A stretch of 43,522 nucleotides of DNA. Source: Octopus bimaculoides. Lineage: Eukaryota. Position numbers and translations under genes: made by a program. The notes below the pieces were generated by a model that searched no databases, had not been told where the DNA came from, and worked only from the letters and a program-made list of their open reading frames with translations. How positions within the stretch are numbered: the first letter of the stretch is position 1; each line of letters opens with the position of its first letter. The stretch lies in the NCBI RefSeq assembly GCF_001194135.2, contig NC_069004.1, positions 25,354,085 through 25,397,606 on the forward strand, read 5' to 3'. This document shows, piece after piece, positions 34,388-43,522 of this stretch.

Positions 34388-35195
34388 NNNNNNNNNNNNN
34401 NNNNNNNNNNNNNNNNNNNNNNNNNNNNNNNNNNNNNNNNNNNNNNNNNNNNNNNNNNNNNNNNNNNNNNNNNNNNNNNNNNNNNNNNNNNNNNNNNNNN
34501 NNNNNNNNNNNNNNNNNNNNNNNNNNNNNNNNNNNNNNNNNNNNNNNNNNNNNNNNNNNNNNNNNNNNNNNNNNNNNNNNNNNNNNNNNNNNNNNNNNNN
34601 NNNNNNNNNNNNNNNNNNNNNNNNNNNNNNNNNNNNNNNNNNNNNNNNNNNNNNNNNNNNNNNNNNNNNNNNNNNNNNNNNNNNNNNNNNNNNNNNNNNN
34701 NNNNNNNNNNNNNNNNNNNNNNNNNNNNNNNNNNNNNNNNNNNNNNNNNNNNNNNNNNNNNNNNNNNNNNNNNNNNNNNNNNNNNNNNNNNNNNNNNNNN
34801 NNNNNNNNNNNNNNNNAGAGAGAGAGAGAGAGAGAGAGAATGATGCAAATAAACACATAACACTGCTTTGGTTAGATATACAAAATGAACATGCATGTAT
34901 ACACGTAGATAGAGAGAAAACAACGACTGAAAATTTTCGGACGATGAATATTCAAATATAAATATACAGATATTTATATATTAACAGAGCAAACGTATAC
35001 AGAGTACAGCGACACGGAAAATTAAAGGAAGACGGTATGCTGTTACAGGTCCGACAGCTTTTTCTCGGGTCTCGGAGTTACTCCATAATGTTGGCAGATA
35101 TAGTTCACAAACATATGCAAAAAGTAGTGGGAGCATATAAACTTTGAGTAGATCCGGCCTCCTTCTTCAGGGTGGGGAGATAAATACCTAACATT

Positions 35196-35453
35196 TCAAG
35201 TTATAATGCTCGGAAATTTAAAGGCAGAGTGAGTGAAAAGGAAGGCAAACAGTTCTGAAGGAAATGAAGAAATAGGCAGCTCGATGGGGATATAGGGAGC
35301 ATTAAAACAAGCGACTGCAAGAAAAGATAAAAGAGTCAAATCCAGAAAATGGAGTGAGTGATCAGGGTATTGAGAGAAGTTGAAGTGAAGAGTTGAGAGA
35401 TACGTGGGATGGATAGTATTGTGAAGAGTGATCGTTGTTGTTGGGTATGACAA
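35196..35453 (-). pseudogene. Possible Penelope-like RT relic
   Basis: IHPTYLSTLHFNFSQYPDHSLHFLDLTL resembles the HP..F......LxFLD region of PLE RTs; otherwise very degraded. Confidence 0.35.
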
Positions 35454-35631
35454 CAGATGTTAACAGTCAGGGATGGTGGGGCTATAGAACGCCCCACAAA
35501 ACTCTGACAGCCAGCTTGGGATGTGCAGCAACATGCCTACCAGCCGTAGCTTATGCATTGCTCTGCCACCTACTGATATTTGGTAAGCTTTCTGTTGTGA
35601 TCCTCCTCCTTATACTCTGACCAGGACACAG

Positions 35632-35950
35632 TCAGAGCTGGCAGAATCGTTAGCACGCCGGAGAAAAAGTTTGGCAGCCTTTACGTTGTTTTCGAACCCC
35701 GCTGAGGTCGACTTTGCCTTCCATCCTTTCGGGGTCGATAATTCGAAGTCCCAGTTGAACACTGGGGACGATTTAATCGACTTACCCACTTGCTCAAAAC
35801 TACTGGCCTGGTGCCAAAATTTGGAATCGATATTTACAAAGCAGCGAGCTAACAGAGTCGTTAACTCGCCGGACGAAATGCTTAGCTGCATTTCGTCCGT
35901 CTTTATGTTCTGAATTCAAATTCCACTGAGGTTGACTTTTCCTTTCATTT
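35632..35950 (+). mobile_element. Two consecutive SINE-B copies
   Basis: gagctggcagaatcgttagcacgcc...ggtcgactttgccttccatcc at about 35635-35825; second partial copy 35845-35950. Confidence 0.8.
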
Positions 35951-35959
35951 TGAAGTCAA

Positions 35960-36170
35960 TAGCGTTTAAACCGGCCATATCTGGCCCAAAATTTCTACTT
36001 CATTTATATTCAAACCAGCCAGATCTGGTCTCTCACACTTACCCTACAATATCATTCTAAAAATAAGCAATGAAATTTTCGAAGCTACAAGATAATTGAT
36101 GATTAATTCAAAACAACATGAATGAATAAGAATTACATTTGACAGGATAATCTGAATGCGAGAGGGTTAA
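35960..36170. mobile_element. piggyBac-type MITE, left end truncated
   Basis: Right end ...GAATGCGAGAGGG-TTAA (CCCT/AGGG terminus plus TTAA); internal ccggccatatctggccc segment matches a cephalopod MITE recalled from memory. Confidence 0.55.
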
Positions 36171-36709
36171 GTATCAGTTGAGACCGAGGTTGTTATAATC
36201 AACTTGAGCATTCCCGCCAAAATTTCAGGCCTTGTGCCTATAGCAGAAAGAATATTTACAAAGCATTTCGCTGCAGTTTCTAGCGAATCTAGCGGACCAC
36301 ACTCGAGCTCCAACCGTTTCTTCGCTTTATTTTTAAATTGTCACGTTTCTCCAACGATATTCAGAGACGAGATTTCAGACGTTTTTATCTTTTTTCTTTT
36401 TGTGGCGTCAATCACATCATGTACAGTAAACATCTCTCTGTTTACTGAAACATCCAGATGATGTTTGCCCAAATGATGGTACTGTTTTCTTGTTCGTGCA
36501 GGTCCTCCCACCAAGCGTACCCACCACCACCACTACCACCTCACTCCTCACTTTCGCTCTTCAAAAAAATCTCCACCACCACCACCACCATCTACATAGG
36601 GCATAATATTACTGTAACTCTTTTACTTTCTAACTACTTTCTATAAATTCTCACCTCGGTATAACGGTCATGTACTGAAAAGAAACAAACCTAATTAGGG
36701 AGCACACAC

Positions 36710-37320
36710 ACGACATTCACGCACACACACATACACACACACACATAAACACATACAGCACTCGCACCCACACACACATATATACATACGCACGTATACA
36801 TACTCGCACGCTCACGCAACAGAAATATGTACAAGCTTAAAAATGTTCGCATACAGTCATTTATTGTATTCGTGTTTGCATAGTTATGCGTCCATTTTGT
36901 TTGTACCCACAAATATGTATGTACACACGTGCACAAGTATGTGTGTGTGTTTTATATACACCCATACATACACACACACACATACATACATACATACATG
37001 TATATATATATACATGTATACATACATACATACATACATACACATACATATAAGACAGAGACACAAGCATACTCACAAACACAGGCTCAAACACGCACAT
37101 ACACAAACATGCATACGGATGCACAAACACATATACATAGGCATGCGCAGACGCACACACACACACACACACACACATACACATACGTGCACAAACACAC
37201 ACTTATAAACGGTCATAGAAAAGACAAAGGTAAATAAATGAAGAACAAAAGAAAGAAAGAATGGAAAGAAAGAAAGAAAGAAAAAAAAGAAAGAAAGGAA
37301 ACAAAGACGAATAGAAAGTA
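36710..37320. repeat. Degenerate CA/TACA and GAAA low-complexity tract
   Basis: Read directly. Confidence 0.9.
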
Positions 37321-37684
37321 AGACAGAAAAAAGAAAAGGAAACATGATTTAGTAAACTGTGAAATACCGAAATGTTTAATTTAGTTGTTAAAATTCCGAC
37401 AAGAAAAGTTAACCAGTTTTTTGTGTATATAGATTGAAGATGGGCGGCCGTGGGGCGAAGGGACCAGATTTGGTGCCATATTGCTAAATATAAATAAATC
37501 GAGGACAATGGAGGAGGCCTGACGTGGTCGTTAGCCCTAGTAGAAACAGCAGCATAAATCTTCCTCAAGTAGTACCTTACCAAAATACAATAGAATACTT
37601 GATATCGTAATCCGCGGTAGACAAAGGCTAGACTGGGAGCAAGACAGGATAGTTTCCGCGGTGGGAATACATTTTAACATTGGT

Positions 37685-37932
37685 TAAGCCGTTTCGCGAC
37701 TTGAAATGATGCAGCCGACCTTCTGAATATTCACACTTGTGTTGCAATCCCAGCTCTTCATGAAATACTTTGGCTTGTTCCTTTAATAAATCACCAGAAA
37801 TTTCCACACCTTCACTTACACAAAGATTAAACCAGGTTATGAGAACTTGATCCAGTTCCGAGCTTTTTCTCTCCCTCATTGATTTCATTACAAACATTTG
37901 CTTTTTTGATCCACTCTCAGAAAAGACCATTA
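37685..37932 (-). pseudogene. Inverted duplicate of part of the same Tigger transposase
   Basis: 37685-37908 is the reverse complement of 39477-39700 with one substitution seen (KVFH vs KVLH); continues into a SINE-A 3' end. Confidence 0.9.
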
Positions 37933-38048
37933 TTCTTTTCTTTTATTCTTTTAATTGTTTCAGTCATTTGACTGCGGCCAGGCTGGAGCACCGCCTTTAG
38001 TCGAGCAAATCCACCCGAGGACTTATTCTTTGTAAGCCTAGTACTTAT
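37933..38048 (-). mobile_element. SINE family A 3' end attached to the inverted Tigger duplicate
   Basis: tttcagtcatttgactgcggccaggctggagcaccgcctttagtcgagc...cctagtacttat. Confidence 0.9.
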
Positions 38049-38391
38049 NNNNNNNNNNNNNNNNNNNNNNNNNNNNNNNNNNNNNNNNNNNNNNNNNNNN
38101 NNNNNNNNNNNNNNNNNNNNNNNNNNNNNNNNNNNNNNNNNNNNNNNNNNNNNNNNNNNNNNNNNNNNNNNNNNNNNNNNNNNNNNNNNNNNNNNNNNNN
38201 NNNNNNNNNNNNNNNNNNNNNNNNNNNNNNNNNNNNNNNNNNNNNNNNNNNNNNNNNNNNNNNNNNNNNNNNNNNNNNNNNNNNNNNNNNNNNNNNNNNN
38301 NNNNNNNNNNNNNNNNNNNNNNNNNNNNNNNNNNNNNNNNNNNNNNNNNNNNNNNNNNNNNNNNNNNNNNNNNNNNNNNNNNNNNNNNNNN

Positions 38392-38428
<37 letters not shown>

Positions 38429-38778
38429 ATCTATAGAAAGAAAAGTTACAGCATCTATATAAAATCTAAAAGCTAATTCTTGTGTAAAATCTTACGCTGA
38501 AGACAATGGAGATGGTCCCCGACTCTCTACGTACTCTCCTAACGGAGCTACCGGCCATTTTCCAACAACTTAGACACAAGGTAGATCTGAAATAAATCAA
38601 ATGTGCATTACAGGTGACATTCGAAAATCCGGTTCTTTCAGATTTCCGGCGTGGATTTCGGAGCACATTTTCAAATTTACCTTATTGGTGCGCCACTGTT
38701 TTCTGGATGCACCGTTTATGTTTTGATGCTCATTCCTTCTCATTTTATCATTAATTTGCTGCTGTATAGCCCCATTAT

Positions 38779-40927
38779 AGATTCAGTAAAGAAAAGCCGT
38801 GGCGTAAAACGTAAACATCGTACGTTGTCGATCGTAGGGAAAGTGGAAATGCTAAAGAAACTTAATAGCAGCGTGTCTGTGCGAACCGTTTGTGAAACAT
38901 ACGACATTGGCTCTTCAACAGTGTATGATATTAAAAAGCTGAAAGAAAGAATGGGAATGGCTGTGTGGTAAGTAGCTTGCTTACCAACCACATGGTTCTG
39001 GGTTCAGTCCCACTGCGTGGCACCTTGGGCAAGTGTCTTCTACTATAGCCTCGGGCCGACCAAAGCCTTGTGAGTGAATTTGGCAGACAGAAACTGAAAG
39101 AAGCCTGTCGTAAATATATATATATATATNNNNNNNNNNNNNNNNNNNNNNNNNNNNNNNNNNNNNNNNNNNNNNNNNNNNNNNNNNNNNNNNNNNNNNN
39201 NNNNNNNNNNNNNNNNNNNNNNNNNNNNNNNNNNNNNNNNNNNNNNNNNNNNNNNNNNNNNNNNNNNNNNNNNNNNNNNNNNNNNNNNNNNNNNNNNNNN
39301 NNNNNNNNNNNNNNNNNNNNNNNNNNNNNNNNNNNNNNNNNNNNNNNNNNNNNNNNNNNNNNNNNNNNNNNNNNNNNNNNNNNNNNNNNNNNNNNNNNNN
39401 NNNNNNNNNNNNNNNNNNNNNNNNNNNNNNNNNNNNNNNNNNNNNNNNNNNNNNNNNNNNNNNNNNNNNNNNNNNNCAAAAAAGCAAATGTTTGTAATGA
39501 AATCAATGAGGGAGAGAAAAAGCTCGGAACTGGATCAAGTTCTCATAACCTGGTTTAATCTTTGTGTAAGTGAAGGTGTGGAAATTTCTGGTGATTTATT
39601 AAAGGAACAAGCCAAAGTATTGCATGAAGAGCTGGGATTGCAACACAAGTGTGAATATTCAGAAGGTCGGCTGCATCATTTCAAGTCGCGAAACGGCTTA
39701 TAGTGTCTTGCGGTGTATGGTGAAAAACGTTCAGCAGACAAAGATGTGGTTAGAGCATATGTGGATGAATTTGCAGAGTTAGTAATGAATGATTAAGTCC
39801 TGAACAAGTGTACAATGCTGACAAGACTGCCTTGTTTTGGAGATATACGCCAAAGAGAACTCTGGCAACTGAGAATGCAGAATTGCCATCGGGGTTTAAA
39901 GCTTCGAAGGATCGTGTCACTGTAATGTACTGCTCTAATTCTGCTGGTACCCATAGATGTAAGTTACTTGTTATCAGGAAAATCTTACATCCGAGGGCCT
40001 TCAAGGGAGTGACACAGTTTCCTGTCCATTACCGTGCCAACAAGAAGCGGTGGGTTACCACTGATATTACATTGGATAGGTTTCAAAAACATTTTGTTTC
40101 TGAGGCTAGGGCTCATTGTAACTTAATTGGACTAGACCCTAAATGCAAGATACTTTTTATTATAGACAATTGTTCGGCACATCCAAAATCCGGTCTTCTA
40201 GTAAAAGATAATGTTTTTGTTGTCTATCTCCCACCCAACTGCACATCACTAATTCAACCACAGGACAGTTGTATTATACGTTCAATGAAGTGTAAGTATC
40301 AATCCCTGTTAATGAGGCGCCCAGTGAGTTCAGTTAATTCAGGCACCTCGGTGCAGACGTTCATAAAAGAATTCAACATTAAGGATGCAGTGTACTGTGT
40401 TGCCAATGAATAGAAATGTGTGAAAACATCAACACTGAAAAATGGATGGCATAAATTGTGACCAAGTTTAATGTTTGCTTCTCGTTCTAACGAAGACACT
40501 GAAATTAATTATTGAGGGTTTGGGGTTTCCAAAGAAAAGCAGCTTACACAGGAACTTATTGCTTATGTTAAAGATGTAACTAATCATGATGCCAAGGAGC
40601 TTTCATCAAGGATAAATGAAGGTGTTTTAACGGAATGGATGGATGTTGATGACGCCTACAGTTCATCATTACACTGATTCTGAAATTGCAGTTATTGTTA
40701 AAAGTCCGAAGAGAAATGCCTGTACAGGTAGTGATGAAGATGAAAGCAGTGATGAAAATGAGGAAGATGTGACAGAAAGAATCTCTATTGACAGGTTAAT
40801 TACGTTGACAACTGACCTGTTGTCTGGACTAGAGCAACGAAGATTTCTAAGTGGACATGAAATCATGAATGTTTACTTGCTTCAAGATAAATTTATTAGA
40901 GAAAGACCCAAGTATATAAAGCAATAA
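38779..40927 (+). pseudogene. Tigger/Jerky-like transposase pseudogene (HTH-psq, CENP-B HTH, DDE_1)
   Basis: KRKHRTLSIVGKVEMLKKL...YDIKK; SELDQVLITWF...ISGDLLKEQAK; YNADKTALFW, IIDNCSAHP, LPPNCTSLIQPQD motifs; in-frame stops and frameshifts; SINE insertion after YDIKKLKER. Confidence 0.9.
38955..39129 (+). mobile_element. SINE family A 5' half inserted in the Tigger ORF
   Basis: ggaatggctgtgtggtaagtagcttgcttaccaaccacatggttctgggttcagtcccac..., then TA array and gap. Confidence 0.9.
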
Positions 40928-41288
40928 ACACTACACGATATATTCCAGAAAATAGCTAGGAAGCAAGAAGCAGTGTCCACACTTGATAATCCACTGCCAT
41001 CAACTTCAAGTCAACCAGATATGCTGTCACCAACATCAACATTTCCTCCACAGGTCGAAGTTGTTCCTGTTGATGAGGATGTTGTCACTGTCAGTGGTGA
41101 AGATGATGATTCTGACAGCCCATCTGCTATTTAGCTTTTTTGAGGATTCAGTAATGATTAAAATTCTAAGGAACTATTTTATTTAGATGAATTTTTTTTT
41201 TTAAATCAAAATTCTGAGGATCGATTCTATTTAGTTGAATTAAAATTCTGTTGAACTATTTTATTTAATGAACATTAAAATTTCATTT

Positions 41289-41515
41289 TCATGATCGTAA
41301 GATTGTGGTTTCGATTTCTGGACCGGGCGACGCGTTGTGTTCTTGGGCAAAACACTTCATTTCACGTTGCTCCAGTCCACTAAGCTGGCAAAAATGAGTA
41401 ACTTTGCGATGGACTGGCGTCCCGTCCAGCTGGGAAACACATACGCCATTGAAACCGGGAAACCGGGCCCATTAGTCTGGCTAGGCTTTAAAAGGGCGCA
41501 TTTATTTATTTTTTA
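41289..41515 (+). mobile_element. SINE family C inserted in the Tigger 3' region, 12-bp TSD
   Basis: TSD AAAATTTCATTT at 41277-41288 and 41516-41527; (TTTA)n tail. Confidence 0.88.
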
Positions 41516-42033
41516 AAAATTTCATTTGTTTTTGATTTAGTGTTTAATCTTCTTCCTTTAAAGGATTGTACAGGTAGTAAATTTCTGTTAAATATATACA
41601 GCATATATAACCGTAAAAAATCCGGCATTTTTGAAAATCCGGCACCTCTCAGGTCCGGATGTTACCAGATTTTTTAATATCAACCTCTATTGTATTTCTT
41701 TCATTGTTTTTTTCCGAAATAAATGAACTGCCTAAGGGAAATAATTAAATGTGCAGTGCATTATTATTTCCCTTCCATTGGTTTTATATTTTTGAATTTG
41801 TAAAGTTACATATGAATGAAATTGTAGTTATACTGTAGTTTCAAGTGGAACCTCGTTTGTGAAATAGAAGAAGAGATTCATCGAAACAAGAATGAAAGTA
41901 AATCGTGAAGTTGCATGGCGATGTTATCATGTAGGTCTAAGTTAACTAAATTTGGTACTTAATTAGTCAAATGAAAAAGAAACCTATTAGACAAAGATGA
42001 AAGTAAATTGTAAATCAACATAAGGAAAATTAC

Positions 42034-42074
42034 CTTAAGTTTAAGATTCAGTAAGGAATCAACTTTGTTCTGTC
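42034..42074 (-). other. Candidate isolated 41-nt exon (UTR exon or exon of another gene)
   Basis: Acceptor tattacttattttacag and donor AAG|gtaatt; open in one frame (GQNKVDSLLNLKLK). No partner exon identified. Confidence 0.3.
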
Positions 42075-42689
42075 CTGTAAAATAAGTAATACTTCATTTC
42101 TATCCTTATAAAAAAAAAAGTTTGTTTGTTTGTACGTTGACCGCTGAAAACACTAAATAAAATTGATAATTTTTCAGGTTTATCGTGGCATTTAAATTAA
42201 ATTGACCATTCCGCAGATAACTGTGCACTTATTCCTCGAAAACGGAATGGAGTCGGTGGTCTACTGGCTCCTATTTTTAGTTCTTCGTGTATTGTGTATT
42301 TGACCAAATGCTTTTTACACATACGGCATACCTACACAAAAGTGCTCCACCGATTTTGTTTCTACATTACTTTAGGGACAATGGGTATTTTAAAATACAA
42401 TTTTCTATAAATATCCTTGTAATAGTGTACAGCCAACTACTACAGCCAACTACTACAGCCAACGATTCAAATCAACGCACAAGACAGCCATTATGTCCCC
42501 ACACATAAAACGCTTCCACGTGGAATCTGTTGACACCAGTATGAAACAATTATGAACTTTTCTTTTAATTACATTTTTTTTTAAATGTATTTTTGATAAG
42601 GTTCGTTTTTTCAAGAACCGAAACATGTTAAATATCTCTGAGAAAATTAAAAATTAAAATTTATTTTATATAGTGGCGTTTTCAGAATT

Positions 42690-43500
42690 CTTTTTTATAA
42701 ATACATACCCACTCGTATGCCATCTACACTTGGTTATTATTATTTTCTTGTCTACGTTTTGTTTGCAATGTCCTGTACCCAGATATGCACCTATATACAC
42801 AGGTAGACGTAGGTATGCACATACCTGTACGTATATATGCATATACTCATTTATTATTTATTTTTACATGATCGAACGCCTGCGTCATCCCTGTAAGTAG
42901 TTTTTATTGACTTTATATTTTCTGACGCTACTCTATCTCTATCTCTATCACTTTTTCCCCCTCTCGTTCTTCCTCTGTTACTACTACGTATCTCTCTTTA
43001 CCCCTCTCGTTCATCCTTCTGTTACTACTATATTTCTCTCTTCCTCTCTTTCTCTCGTTGTTCACCTATTCTTCTACTTCCTTCCCTTGTTTCTCCCTCT
43101 ACCACTCTCTCTCTCTCTTCCTTACCCCTCCCTGGTCACATGTTTCCGGTCATTAATCCTTTTCTTCCTTGGCTATCGCCGAGCAAACACGCGAACTTAC
43201 TTCGTCCCGCTTTCAGTTCGTGCCTCACAGCGTTCATATACACATAATTTTTCACGTCTGGCCGCTTAACCTTTTCCGTTTGTTTTCCTGTCTTGTTTTA
43301 TTTTCCGTTTGTTTCCCTGTCTTGTTTTTTTATGTTCTCTATGTGGCCTGTGTGTTTTCTGTACTCTGGTTATTATTATTTTCTTGTCTACGTTTTGTTT
43401 GCAATGTCCTGCACCCAGATATGCACCTATATACACAGGTAGACGTAGGTATGCACATACCTGTACGTATATATGCATATACTCATTTATTATTTGTTAT
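42690..43500. repeat. Repeat unit with 129-bp direct repeats (probable Penelope-type pseudo-LTR)
   Basis: 42731-42859 equals 43367-43495 with one mismatch; a related inverted copy lies at about 13850-14095. PLE assignment is from recall. Confidence 0.55.
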
Positions 43501-43522
43501 ATATATATATATATATATATAT

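Larger units (their letters stand above)
38611..41687 (+). mobile_element. Tigger/pogo (Tc1-mariner superfamily) DNA transposon, near full length, defective
   Basis: TA at 38609-10 and 41688-89; left end CAGGTGACATTCGAAAATCCGG with a degenerate inverted match CCAGATTTTTTAATATCAACCTC at the right end; internal transposase remnants; interrupted by two SINEs and a gap. Confidence 0.85.

Noticed and set aside
42095-42200. Helitron/Helentron-like 5' end (tctatccttataaaa...gtttgtttgtttgt); similar hint at 14104
   Set aside because: No matching 3' hairpin or CTAG terminus could be located, so it is not supportable.

Overview
AT-rich, repeat-dense eukaryotic scaffold with about 5 kb of N gaps, most of them bordered by microsatellites. 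The SINE and MITE families look like those I recall from Octopus/coleoid cephalopods; the organism is an inference, not a search result. The one well-supported host gene is invisible to the ORF track as a unit. It is the 5' part of a minus-strand cadherin-superfamily gene with 7 coding exons (13391 down to 343), all GT-AG and phase-compatible. They splice to 221 aa: a signal peptide, a two-cysteine EC1 resembling the CDHR5/PCDH15/Cad99C type, and most of EC2. The gene runs off the left edge. The rest is intronic or upstream DNA containing three tRNA-headed SINE families (my labels A, B, C), a near full-length dead Tigger/pogo element (38611-41687), DD37D (maT) and pogo transposase relics, LINE and Penelope-like relics, several MITEs, microsatellites and minisatellites. 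The most unusual local structures are a MITE with 37-bp TIRs and an 8-bp TSD carrying a palindromic telomeric array, a perfect 74-bp inverted repeat beside it, inverted SINEs bracketing a symmetric cadherin exon, and an inverted copy of the Tigger segment that supplies what the nearby gap lacks. I found no convincing new multi-gene system, CRISPR array, rRNA or true tRNA gene.
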